Shown: piece after piece, positions 27,977-41,647 of the stretch
Layout: every line of letters starts with the position of its first letter
How positions within the stretch are numbered: position 1 is the first letter of the stretch
From: Eledone cirrhosa
Taxonomy: Eukaryota
Length of the DNA stretch: 64,000 nucleotides
Direction: 5' to 3'
Assembly (NCBI GenBank): GCA_964016885.1
Contig: OZ024740.1
Coordinates: forward strand, 382,168,001-382,232,000
Notes under the pieces: model-generated
The model's input: only the letters and a program-made list of their open reading frames with translations
Told to the model about the DNA's origin: nothing
Databases searched by the model: none
Program-made: the position numbers and the translations under genes

Positions 27977-30900
27977 AATAATAATGATTTCATTTATTGG
28001 CCACAAGGGCCGGCATATAGGGGATAATACAAAATACTGGGACAGTGGGGTTTTACAGAAAAATCGAGTAAACAATATGAATAACAATAACAAAGTAACA
28101 AGAAAATTACAACAAGAACAAATTCCCCAATAGGGGGGATGACCACCCAGGGTTCGCTCAAGTACCCACCAATCCTGAACGACCCGACGCTTCGAGAGCA
28201 CCCTGGATGGGCACCCCTCTCCTCCTCAAATTTACCTACCTACAGCCGCATGACCAGAGTAGGCCCACTCACACGGGCCATTCTCGCCACATTCACCCAC
28301 CTTTCAGCAAATGTACTGGGGGTGGGGGGGGCAGCACTTCTCTCTCCACCCTCACCTTCCTTTGCAAGTGAAACTTGAAAAATTTGTTGAGGGATTGGCT
28401 GAAGAGAAAAGTGTCTGTCTTCAGTCCTTTCAACCTCGTCCACCATACAACCTCTTTCGCTACTGCCATCAGACAGAGGAAAATTGCCTGCCCTTCCTGG
28501 CCAAAAGAAGGCGGCGGGTCGATCTTCACTATGGTCTCGGCCGATAGCCGGATCCGTTCTACACGCGACAACAACTGTTCAACATAACTCCACAAGTCAG
28601 TAATGCACGGACACTGGCCGAGTGTGTGCAGAACGGTTTCGTCGCTCTGCATGCATCTCGAGCAGGTCCGTCTGACAGCACTTCCGTGCCCGTAGAGTTT
28701 ATCTCAAACCGGCAGTGCCCCCCGGTAGCACTGCCAAGCGAGGGATTTCTGGAATTTATCCATCGTCCCCGGCTCGAAAGTCCTCCGGTACAGACTGGTT
28801 TGTTCGACTCCGTTGACTCCCAGAGCCTCTCCGAGTGCGTCGTCGCACTTGCCCACCACTAATCCTCTATAGAACTCGAGAGTGGAAGTTTCACTGACCG
28901 CATTGCCCGCCTAGTAGAGGGCAATGAGTGCCTGGAAACATTCCAGATGCCAGTCACCCAGTCCCGGTCTCTTCTTGACCCAGGACTGCAGCTCAGCCAA
29001 AGAAACGAGCTGCGGAAAGGCCGGTCTGACAAACGGCGACTACACCTGTTCACCGTTTAGGCAGAATATATGGAGATGCCGCACCCTCAACGCGTGTCTT
29101 CGCATAATTAGCCACGGCATGCCCAGCCCTCTACGTAGAGGGTGCTGGCAGCAGATGGACCGCCTCACCAGCGGAACCTGACCCCTCCACAAGAATTTGA
29201 AGAGGAGCCGTTCCAACTTGACGAGGGCGGACGATGGCAAAGCAAGACCGACAGGCAGTAGTAGATGACGGCCGCGATGTACGGGTTCGCCACCTCCGCC
29301 CGACATTTCAGTGATAGCTTCCTCCACGCCCACTTCTGGGTGAGACTGGATACCCTGCCCGTCGCCTCCCCAACCAAATCCCCGACGACAAGCGCCAACC
29401 TCTTCGCTAACACACTTGCCAAAATCTTAAAATCTGTGTTGAGCAGATTTATGGGCCTAAAATATGTTTAATGTGTCCCTCTTGTTCTCATCTTTCTTTA
29501 TCAGCGTCACTACGCTCCGGCTCACAGAACTGGGAATACTCCCGTTTTGCTGCCAGTTGCAGTAGAGGGCTTCGAGGAGATTGGAGAACAAGTCTGGCAT
29601 ATTTACGTAAAGCTCGTAGGGCAGACCATCCAAATCGAGTGACTTGCGCCTCATGCTGCCGAAAAGGGCATCCTGAATCTCGGCTGAAGTAATTGGCCTT
29701 TCGCAGCGCCCAGCGTCAGCCGTCGAGAGTTGTGGCAAGCCATCGAGGTAGGGACTGAAGTCCGCCACCATATCTGATCCGCCACTTCCCCCCGAACAAC
29801 CGAGCAAAATGTTGGCGAAAGGCCTCACACATCCGCTTGGAATCGCTCAGCACGTGTCCGTCTCGGTCCGTCAAAGACGGAATCGTTGTTTTATTACCAC
29901 GCTGCGCCTCTGCCACGCGGGCCCATCGAACAGCTTTGGTTCCCTCGTTTCTCAGAGGACGCGCCTTAGCTCTGACAATGCAACCTTCGTGTTTCGCATT
30001 GAAGAAATGGTCTAATGCCATTCTCGCTGCTAGCACGTCAGTTGCAATGCCACTACCAATAGCCTCGTCTAACTTATCTACCAACTCTCCCTCCTTTCTA
30101 TTTTTCTCTAATGCTACTTCTTTGCTAAACTCTATCGACATTACTCTAATCTCTCTTTTGAGAGCCCTCCTACCATCTATTGTTGACGACTCCCACTGTC
30201 AACGTTTTCTAAACTAAATTGTTGACCTGGTCCCTGTAAACCTTACGTGCCACAAATGACATGTTTAGCTTCCAGTAACCAGGTCCTAACCTACGCGTCT
30301 TATCTAGGTCGACCATACAGATCACAAACTTGTGATCTGAATAGGCGACCGTTTCAAAACGTGGACAGCTTACACTATTTCCGTCTATTTTCCTAATGAA
30401 GATCCTGTCTATATACGATCTAGATGACCCTATGCGGTTAGTCCAGCTCCACACTGGCGCATTAGGGAAATCTAGTCGGTACCTGTCAGACAGTTGGAAC
30501 TGGCTGATCAGGTTCTTGAGGCTTTTGCACCCCCCCCCCCCCCCCGCTCCTATCGGATACTCCCACACAGTCTCAGCGTGCGTCTAAGATGCCGTTCCCG
30601 TACCCCGCTAACAGTAAAGGGCGAGACGTACCCAGAAAGGCTTCCAGGCGTCTAAAGAAGTCCTGCCATCCTGACCCAGTAGGGGCATAGACGGCTACCA
30701 GTCTAAATGCACCACCTTCGTTATTGTTCACGTCCAAGTCCACCAACTTCCCGTCCGGGTCCCGGAAGATCGACCTTACCTCAAGATCCAGGCCTTTCCT
30801 AAACAGCACTTCAATCGCGCCTCCCATTGCCGGCCGGGTAACAGATGCAAAGATCTGATAGTCGTCGAAAATGGGGGCCAGTGTGCGTGTGTCGGAAATC

Positions 30901-33090
30901 CTGGTCTCGCTGACGGCAATTACATCCATTTCTAGAGACCTGAGGTCGTTGAGCAGGTGACCCTACTTCCAGGACGATCCCAGGCTTCGAACATTTAAAG
31001 TTCCTACTCTTAATATGGCTATGTTGGCAGATTAAAAAGAGAGAGCGGAAAGGTTTACTTACCTTCCGGGCTCTTGTGAAGGTCGGGTGGTTCGACCTCC
31101 ATAGTTGGTGTGGTTTCTTTTGGGAACCACTTTAAAAGTCTTGAAGTGGGTTTTACGTTCGGGGTTCCCACGTCCCGAGGAAAGCTGTCTCGTATTTCTT
31201 TGTATAAATCGAGCGACATTCGCACCAGAAACAAATATTCCGGCACGCGAAATGTGCTCGATTTAAAAATTTCCCCCTCTTTTTGTATATTTTCACTTCG
31301 TGCTACGAGGGCTATCAGTTCCTAGGTTGGGCCTCCTGACGAGCACGAAGTTTTGTATGTTTTGCTGGTGTGATTTTGTTTGTTTGCGCGGCTGTAGTGG
31401 TGATGGTTTTGGTGGTGTTGTTTCGGTTGTGTCTGTATTTATTGTGAGTGCGGTGTCTGCGGTTTCAGATGTTTGTGTGTATATTTATTCTTGCGTCTGT
31501 TTAGGTTGTTTGCGTTTGGGAGATTCTGGTGATGGTGATGGTGGTGTTGATGTTGGTGTTATTGGAGAGATGTTTGCGTGGGTGGTGTCTGCGTCTTTTA
31601 TTGAGGGTGATTTTGTACTTTGTTGAAATTCTTTTTCTTTTTGTGTTTCCTTTTTTGTATTTTGGGGGAATTTGGTTTTCCCTCATCTTCACTACTGGTA
31701 GATGAGGGGTCTGTGTCAGTAAGTGTGTCTGTGTGTGTGTGTGTTTATGGTTTTATTGTTGTGTGTATTTTTTTTTTGGGGGGGGGGAATGACAGCTTTC
31801 CTCGTTTCCCCCCTGGGTGCTCAATGTTGGTGGTGGTCTTTCTATTGGTTGTTGTTGGTGGTTTTGTCGGTGCTGGTGTTGGTTGTGGTACTCGCCCCGG
31901 CGTCGGCAGCAGTGGAGCCTTTCGACCCCGTGCATCTTTCAGCAGTTGAAGGCAGAAGGCTCGCAAATGGGTTTTTCCCCCAAAAACAAAACAATGCGGC
32001 CTTTTTACTTCGGTCATAATATGAATGACCGTCCCATTCTGAAGGCGGATATGGTCCGGGATTGTCTTCACATTCTCGGGCCTGATCTGGAGAAGGATCT
32101 CCAGGTCAACGCCTGACCAGTCCTCTCTGGCCGTTCTGATCACTTCTATAGGGACGGCATCCGTCCCCTCCACAATCACACACCCTAGAAGCCACCACAT
32201 GTCAAGTCCTGGTGGGTTCTGGGAATGCGGAGACGGGCCGTTCTTTTTTCCATCTGGGAGGAGTACATTACGACCTTGCTGGTTTTGCAAGGAGTCATGG
32301 CGTTTTTCATAGCGAGGGCTTCTGACTTGAACAGCACCGAAATGGTGCCGTACTGTCTGCCCCTCGCTATGTATTCGGTGTCTTCTCTGATGCACCTCAA
32401 CGCGACTTCGACATTTGCTTGTGGGATTAAAGCTGCTCTTTTGGTTTGTGCTGAGATACATCTATAATGCTTTATGAGCTTCCATGCCTGGGCCAACTTT
32501 TCATCTTTGTGTGAGAGATCCATGTTGAAGCATGGCCTCTTTTTTGCTGCTGCTGCCGCAGCGAAAGTGTTCTTCTTGTTGTCGTTGGGGGTGTTGTTGT
32601 CGTTGTCGTTGTTCTTGTTGTTGTTGTTGTTATCACTGTCGCTGTTATCATTGTAGTCTTTGGTGCCACCGTTGTTCTCGGTGCGGTTGGTATTGTTGCT
32701 GTTGGTGTTGTCGCTGTTTGTTTTCATGTTACAATATTGTTGTTGCATTTGTCATTTTTTTTTTGTTATCTGTTTTTTCGTTGTCGCTGTTACTGTCATT
32801 TTTTTCAAAATTAGAGTTCTCATTGGTATCATTGGTGTCTTTCTTTACATTGTTTGTGGTGGTGTTTGTTTTATCAATATCTGTTAATTTCGCCGTAGCG
32901 CTTCTCTCAACTTCTACGTTGTTGTCGCATGACAGCAGACATCGCTGAGGGGCGTGGCTCAGCCATGTTTTTTTTTTTTTCTCGATAATTTTTTTAAATG
33001 TAAAAAAGTTCAAATATTTTGGCTAAAAGGCCCAAATATTATTCTTTCCCCTTTACAGGGCAACGTCCAAGGGCTTGTATGGCTTACACA
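27977..33090 (-). mobile_element. Near full-length decayed Tx1/L1-clade non-LTR retrotransposon (ORF1 + EN/RT ORF2)
   Basis: ORF2 begins near 31022 (AILRVGTLNVRSL) with DVIAVSETR, AVYAPT, SRSYIDRIF, SDHKFV, GPGYWKLN, DGLPYELY, FRPINLLNTDFKILASVLAKRL, FLWRG and DETVLHTLGQCP. ORF1 at about 31050-32750 has a C-x2-G-x3-H zinc-knuckle remnant (RPHCFVFGGKTHLRAFC). 3' AATAAA and (ATT)n tail near 27980-28000. Multiple stops and frameshifts. Confidence 0.9.
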
Positions 33091-33710
33091 ACAACAAAGA
33101 ATTCAATAAATCAGTTTTGATAGGTAAATAAGTGAACTTACGGGAGCGAGCAAATAATAATAATACCACCACCTCCACCATCACTACTACTACTACTACT
33201 ACAACGAAAACCACAACAACAATTGCTACAACAGCGACAGCAGCAATTATACAAAGGTCGATAAGTTTGAGGGGACGGGAAATTCGATTTAGCCGAATGC
33301 AGTATTTAACTATTATTTTGCCTTATGGACTCCCGAAGGGTGAACAGTATATTTGACTTCGTAAAGGGTCGGGACGAAGTCCGAAACCATTTTGTCCGAG
33401 GTTCTGTCGATTTCGCCCAATCCACCACTTTAATAGCTGTGTGTGCAGTTGTCTATCACTCATTAGTGTTCAGACCAATGCAGAAGGCATCGACGCATGG
33501 AACACTTGTCACAGACTACATTTACATTCAGAAAATCAGCAGCTTTCATGTGTATTAACTGCTCGAAATAAAGGAAATACTTCGTGAAGCTTGGATACTC
33601 TAGTTAATGGTTTGTAGTTTCTGTTAATATCGTATAATGATGTTCTTCATATAGAAAAATATTATAACTTATATACAAGGCATGTAAATAGATATGCATA
33701 TATATCATAT

Positions 33711-33762
<52 letters not shown>

Positions 33763-33825
33763 TAAATATATATGTGTGTGTGTTTGTTGTATAATCGTAT
33801 TTATAACAATTTATTCGGAAATATT

Positions 33826-33889
33826 CCATTACAAATGTATCGATAGATTTGACGACTATGTAGTTTATCAATCCGACATCTTCAAATGG
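33826..33889 (-). ncRNA. Decayed hammerhead (family D)
   Basis: Reverse complement CCAT-TTGAAGA-...-GAT-ACA tt TGT-A-ATGG. The core is mutated; the consensus with 22236-22299 restores it. Confidence 0.4.
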
Positions 33890-34185
33890 TCTTCCGAACA
33901 TAATTTCTATCCATCCCTGGTTAACTGGAAAAACCGGGGTGGAGAGATAAAATTCAATCTCTTCTATCACAATATCAGCTCCCTAATAAGCTAGCGACCA
34001 CAGCAATACCTCTTGATAGCAATGTAGGGATGTTACCCCACCACGAGCACCCATGCTACCCTGTACCGGTGGCAATGCTGCAACTGGCCATTCACTTATA
34101 GCAGTCAATATATTATGCTTATCTCCATACAATATAATATTATACATATTTGCATACAATATAATATATATATATCAGTATACAG

Positions 34186-34264
<79 letters not shown>

Positions 34265-34274
34265 ATACTGTATA

Positions 34275-34333
<59 letters not shown>

Positions 34334-34334
34334 T

Positions 34335-34685
34335 GACTAAGAAACTCACTCAGATGGTACACGAGAATGCTGAGGATGGCTCTGAACATTAATCAGTATA
34401 CACTGAGGATGAAAAACTCAGAGTTGTATGGGAGCCTCCCAAAAGTTAGCTCAAAAGTGACGCCAGAGGAGACTGAGATTAGCTGGACATGCTCACCGAC
34501 ATCTAGAGTTGACATTGCACTCAGTGCTCTTGTGGGAGCCCCTACAAGGACACACTGGAAGAGGAAGATCAAGCCCCTACAAGGACACACACTGGTCTGT
34601 TGAAGACGCAGGACATGGCAGCGATAATGAGAGACAGAGACCGCTGGAGAGAACTTGTCCATGAATCTCGGGAATTTTACCCGCC
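34335..34685 (+). mobile_element. RTE-clade LINE 3' fragment
   Basis: [26 protein letters not shown]; a frameshifted RRLRLAGHAHRH..WEP. Confidence 0.75.
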
Positions 34686-34706
34686 CTAGATAGATATATT
34701 ATACTG

Positions 34707-34732
<26 letters not shown>

Positions 34733-34737
<5 letters not shown>

Positions 34738-35060
34738 GACGTAAAATAAAAAAAAATATAATAATTAACTAATTTAGTTAAGTTTCACTCCAACTAATTA
34801 GTTTCTGAAAGGGGATATACATAGTGTTCAAAACGATGGAGAATTCCTTTTTTCATCAGGGAGTCAATTCTCGGCTAAGATGCCTGGCGATAGGCGGACA
34901 CAGGGATCTCAGAAACTAATTAGTTGGAGTGAAACTTAAGTAAGTAAGTTAATTATCATAATTTTCTTATTGTACGTCTTTCATATAATTGTTCTTCATT
35001 TTTGTATTGAAACACAAAGTTACTAAGACAAAACCTATATCTTGGTAGCATAAGTATACT
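34733..35060. mobile_element. Foldback PLE-tail mini-element (family E)
   Basis: Arms TATGAAAGACGTA..TTAAGTTTCACTCCAACTAATTAGTTTCTGA / TCAGAAACTAATTAGTTGGAGTGAAACTTAA..TACGTCTTTCATA. A related fragment lies at 8199-8345. Confidence 0.7.
34787..34864 (-). ncRNA. Type I hammerhead ribozyme
   Basis: Reverse complement ACTCC-CTGATGA-AAAAAGG...CCTTTCA-GAA-AC taatta GT-T-GGAGT, with a palindromic stem III. Confidence 0.7.
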
Positions 35061-35175
35061 TCTCTATAAATATAGATATACTAATACTGTAGATATACTA
35101 ATTCTTTATATATATATTTATATATATATATATACTAATTTCTTTATATATATATATATATATTACTAATTTCTT

Positions 35176-36305
<1,130 letters not shown>

Positions 36306-36359
36306 CGTTTCTGAATTTGTTTAGCAAGATTCTTTATCTGAAATCGCGTGTTGAAACCG

Positions 36360-36811
36360 ATATTGTTATACTTTGGGAGGGTCATGTTGCCAATAAGAAA
36401 CACACGCACCAGTTGTTTCACTTCAATTTATTATATATTTATAAATTTATAAATTTATAAATTTACAAACTTATAAATTTCTGGTTGGTTGGTTGGTTCC
36501 ACAACCAGATAGTTGTTTATATATAGTCATAGTCCTTTCGTCACACACTCTGTGACCTCTTCAGTGACTGGGGATTCCTTTCCTTTGTTTCTGTGCCTTT
36601 CCTTTCTTCTATCCTACGCCATTATGTTTCTGTGTGTGTGTTGTGTGCTCAGTTTGCGCATGCGCCACATCCGGGTGTCTGTGTGTGTTTGTGTTCATTT
36701 ATCTATTTATTTATTTATTTGTTTGAAATTTATAAATATATAATAAATTGAAGTGAAAGCATCTGGTGCGTGTGTTTCTTATTGGCAACATGACCCTCCC
36801 AAAGTATAACA

Positions 36812-36814
<3 letters not shown>
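36360..36814. mobile_element. Foldback PLE-tail mini-element (family F)
   Basis: About 90-bp inverted arms 36360-36448 and 36726-36814 (ATATTGTTATACTTTGGGAGGGTCATGTTGCCAATAAGAAACACACGCACCAG...). Confidence 0.75.
36525..36569 (-). ncRNA. Type I hammerhead ribozyme
   Basis: Reverse complement AGTCA-CTGAAGA-G-GTCAC agagtgt GTGAC-GAA-AG ga CT-A-TGACT. Confidence 0.7.
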
Positions 36815-37418
<604 letters not shown>

Positions 37419-37419
37419 T

Positions 37420-38023
37420 GGTGGCTGCCAACTCGTTTTGGAGTACGGCCACTACTTTACATCCATGTAGGAGAACCCCTACCGATGCGCTGAACGAGTG
37501 TGACTTTTTAGTCCAGCCAGCGACTTGAAAACTCTGGTACAAACACTACACTTGTGACAAATATTGACACATAGTGCTGGGCCCATTGTACCATGTGATG
37601 ACAAGTGCAGAGAGTTCTCCAGATATAAAGCAATGCCTGTGCCGTGAAGCTTTTATAGTGAGCAAAGGTACTGCACAAAGCCAGTGCCATTCTCTTAACC
37701 AAGATGATATTTACCAAAAAGAACAAGTCAACATCATTGGATACCATCAGGGTTGCAGGTGTTATATCAGAGTTTTCCTTCTTCTAGAATTCTGCCTTGA
37801 CAAAGGCTAAGGGGTCATCTCTCCCAGTGATTTTGGATGGCCATTGACTCTTAAGAGCTCCTTTGCCTTTTGACAGGTTTTGTTTTTAGTGCTGCAGGAT
37901 GTCCAAATTCACCCTCCTCACCAAGAAACCTTGGTGGGGTTGCCAGTTTAGTCGCCAACGACCCGACCGTGAGGCAGGTTGTACTGGGATACATGTTATC
38001 AGTAGCACCAACTGGTGACCTGA
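37420..38023 (-). mobile_element. Non-coding interspersed repeat resembling an RTE 5' UTR
   Basis: GC-richer block between microsatellites, with a structured 5' end on the minus strand. Family assignment is from recollection only. Confidence 0.4.
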
Positions 38024-38079
38024 CATATACATACATACATACATACATACATACATACATACATACATACATACATACA

Positions 38080-38115
<36 letters not shown>

Positions 38116-38119
38116 GATA

Positions 38120-38460
38120 TAAGGATATTTTCGAAAGACCGAGTTGGTTTGAAATTATTAGAAATGTAAGCTATCGCCATATTTTGACTAAAGAAATTAT
38201 CCTGTTTCGAAAATATGCTTACTTGACATTACAGTCGCTAAGTTTATAGCTTCTAATTTGAATGGAAAAAGACGGGTGTTGTGTTGGTGTAAATGGTAGC
38301 ACAGTGGTCCGGATAACCAAAGATGTGGGTTCGACTCCTATGTACGTCTATACTCATCTTTTTCCATTTCTCCGAGGGTTCTTAACCCCACTATCAGGCT
38401 AAATAATTTCTTTAATTTCTTTAGTCAAAATAAGGCGATAGCTTACATTTCTAATAATAA
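38120..38460. mobile_element. tRNA-headed foldback element (family C)
   Basis: Inverted ends ATTATTAGAAATGTAAGCTATCGCC.TATTTTGACTAAAGAAATTA / TAATTTCTTTAGTCAAAATA.GGCGATAGCTTACATTTCTAATAAT. Internal A box TGGTGTAAATGGTAG and B box GGTTCGACTCC at 38285-38338. Confidence 0.7.
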
Positions 38461-38535
38461 TATATATATATATACTAATACAATCCTTTCATATACTGTT
38501 GTTATATCTGTTTACCTTTTACATACATATATATA

Positions 38536-38568
<33 letters not shown>

Positions 38569-38599
38569 AGGGAGAGAGAGAGAAAACGAAAAGGATTGA

Positions 38600-39920
38600 A
38601 ATGTTGCAGAGCATGATTAGAGTCGTTGATGCGGGAGGAGTGGTCGGCGACTAATAAGGCGAGGAGTACGTCAATGTATTCAAAGATTATTTCAGTGGGG
38701 CATATGCAAGCGGAGCGATACGACGGCCTAGATTATTAGGCTTATATAGATGGGTGTGCGTGGTCGCGTACTATAATATTTGTAGCAGTGGAGGCTAGGG
38801 CAGAGGGAGGAGGTGAATTGTTGGTTGGTGGAGGACAGGAAATATCGGGAGCCTCGAGGGCGGTAAAATTAGGCAGGTGTCTTGAAGCTGGAGGCGGGCC
38901 TCAGCCCTCTGCACGTCACACTACCAAGACACCACCTTTATCTGCAGGGTTTTATGACAATGTCATTGCGGTGCCGTACGCTTCGCAGAGCGGAGAGCTA
39001 GGCCCAAGTGAGTTTGGTGCGATGAGAACGATTGTGGAAATTGAACCGGTCCTACGTACATCAGCAACTGTTCACTGAGGAGTCGATGGGGCTGAATTGG
39101 CCAGAGTATGACCGTCGGTTCCCGAAACTGTTAAACAGTCAGTTTGGGTCGATGATGGTGAGTCGTGAAAGAATGCTTGTACCTTTAGGCCACGTATGAA
39201 ATGATCGTGTTTGGAATTCGTAGTTGGTGGATGTGGGGAATATGAAATGCAAACCCCTGGCGCAGTAGGAGAGCTCACCTTCAGAGAGTAGTATGTCCAG
39301 TGGTAGGGTAACAAGAATATGGGAGGTGTGTGAAAGAGAAAGAGTAGTGGAGGCAAAATGGCTGTGGAGCTTAGGTGAGTCATGTGTGTAGTGAATGGCT
39401 GGGAGTGAAGTGTGGGTGGGGGTGGTGAGTTAAAGAGTTGGTGATGGTATAAAAGTGTTGTGTTGGAGGTGAGGTAGTTATATATGGTGACGGCTGACAG
39501 TGAGCAGAGTGAGTTGAGAATATGTTTGTAGGTGGAGGGAAGAAAAATGAAGAGGGGGTGTTTGAGATCAAGGGTGGGTTGAACAAGGAGGGAGGGGCAA
39601 GTAGAGGAGAGAAGAATGTAGGCTTTCGGGAAATCTCGGCTGAGAGAACGGTTCTGAGAGAGGGTGAAATGGAGGGTCATCTGCATGATGGCGAAATGAG
39701 TGGGTATGGAGTAACAAGTGAAACGAAAGGAGTAACATGTGGGGTGGAATTTGAGGCGGACACCTCGTGGAATGAGGTGGTTGTATAGAGAGCGGCTTAG
39801 AAAAGTGACATGGCTGTCGTAGGATGTTTTGATTAAGATGAGGTTAGAGAGATGCAAGGTGGATTGTATGCAAATGAGGGGAACAGGTGGAATAGATTCA
39901 TTATGGAATGGAGCTGGTGG
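38600..39920 (-). mobile_element. Decayed Penelope-like element ORF (N-terminal region and start of RT)
   Basis: Minus-strand KPADKGGVLVV at about 38920-38953 (the PLE-diagnostic DKG motif), SACICPTEIIFEYID, FIRGLKVQAFFHD and HVTFLSRSL..HLIPRG. Confidence 0.8.
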
Positions 39921-40121
39921 AGAAATGATTTGAGATGTATGTAACCTAGTTTTATTTGCAGTAATTTCAAGGATTTGCAGTAATTTCAAGTTTGAAGGAG
40001 TCAGTTACACAATGATATTTCAAAGTCAAATTTCATGTAATTATAAAGATTGGAATCTACACTTGTTTTGAATTTACCCTGGAGTAAATACTGGTTGCTT
40101 TATACATATTAGAAAACGTAT

Positions 40122-40157
<36 letters not shown>

Positions 40158-40352
40158 TTAGGTTTGAAGGTTCACCACTGGATAGAGCTGGTCAATTCTG
40201 TATGGTCAACCTTGATGTAATAATATGGATAGTACTCAACGTAAAGCAGTTCAACCGTCTTCGTTTTTGTAGTTGGTGGTGCTAGTACGGAGTTAAATAT
40301 TATAATAAAACGACAGGAGGCTGGACTTGTGTAAATCCTTGAAAGGTTCATT

Positions 40353-40410
40353 ATACTATGACCATTTCAATGACCGGGTTCCGTATGAATCCGGTGATAT
40401 CATCAGGTAT
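40353..40410 (-). ncRNA. Type I hammerhead ribozyme
   Basis: Reverse complement ATAC-CTGATGA-TATC ACCGG ATTC atac GGAA CCCGGT CATT-GAA-ATG gt CAT-A-GTAT. The stem II base is imperfect. Confidence 0.6.
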
Positions 40411-40965
40411 TCGAAAATATAATAAATGAATGTAATAGATAAAATCCATGGGGCTGAAAATCATAGACCCGAGGACGATCGACCATCTAGCATCTTCCAC
40501 TTTAGCCGGTCGCCCTCAAGTGCTGCCTATTCAGCCTACTTCAGGCCATCTGGTGAGGGGTCTAAAGGTTATAGTGTGCTACTTACCTCCCGGTCAAAGA
40601 GAAGAAAAACAGAAAGGAAGAGGAAGACAAGTCAGCGTTAATGTCATGCTACAAGAAAAAAGACAAAGAAAGTGGAAGAAAAGGAAGAAAAGTCAGCATT
40701 AATGTCATGCTACAAGGAAGAAGAAGAAAAGTCCATGAGAGGTCGAGAATTGTATACGTAATCGGTATTTCTAGCCACTAATGGTTGCCTACCGTTTGGT
40801 TCTTCTCCTTCTCCACCTGTCAATCAACATTTCTTCATATATCAGAATTACTACTGTGGTGGGAGAGGTGCTCATACGACCTACCGCATACGGACCCTTT
40901 AAGCATCCAACAACAATTATATATATATATAACACTTAACATATTAAAACACTTAACTTTAGTTG

Positions 40966-41037
<72 letters not shown>

Positions 41038-41119
41038 TGTGTGTGTGTGTGTATGAATGTAGATATACAGGTAAAGTATGTTATATATATATGTATAACA
41101 TACTTTACCTGTATATCTA

Positions 41120-41178
<59 letters not shown>

Positions 41179-41293
41179 TTATATATATATATATATGCAA
41201 AAGTTCTATTTAAATTGTTGGGATACAACAAGCACATATTTTTATAACTATTTAAAGCACTCAATAAGTATTTGGAGTAAACATACGATATTA

Positions 41294-41628
41294 ACAAATG
41301 GAAACTATATTTATAAAACCATATTTATTTCATTATACATATTTCAAGGACACCAAATTAAATTATGGTGTGCTTTCATCAAACAAAATATAATATAGAT
41401 CAGTTTTATAAATAAATATTGATAAATAAATATTTATAAATAAATATTGACATACCCTTAAAAAATGCAACAGTAACGGTTGCATTTTTTAAGGGTATGT
41501 CAATATTTATTTATAAAACTGATCTATATTATATTTTGTCTGATGAAAGCACACCATAATTTAACTTGGTGTCCTTGAAATATGTATAATGAAATAAATA
41601 TGGTTTTATAAATATAGTTTCCATTTGT
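41294..41628. mobile_element. Near-perfect foldback mini-element (family G)
   Basis: Arms of about 150 bp centred on TGCAAC-agtaacg-GTTGCA (41466-41484). The left arm has an extra short tandem duplication; the right arm ends in (TA)n. Confidence 0.85.
41532..41596 (+). ncRNA. Type I hammerhead ribozyme
   Basis: TATTTTGT-CTGATGA-AAG c ACACCA taatttaact TGGTGT c CTT-GAA-ATA tg TAT-A-ATGAAATA. The mirror copy on the minus strand has a C3-to-T change. Confidence 0.6.
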
Positions 41629-41647
41629 CTATATATATATATATATA

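Noticed and set aside
36360-36814. Interpretation of the inverted arms as DNA-transposon MITE TIRs
   Set aside because: The internal hammerhead, the left arm extending beyond the inverted segment, and variable arm ends in related families fit retro-derived foldbacks better.
38282-38346. Functional tRNA gene
   Set aside because: A/B boxes are present, but the acceptor and anticodon stems are imperfect, there is no adjacent poly-T terminator, and it is embedded in a repeat.
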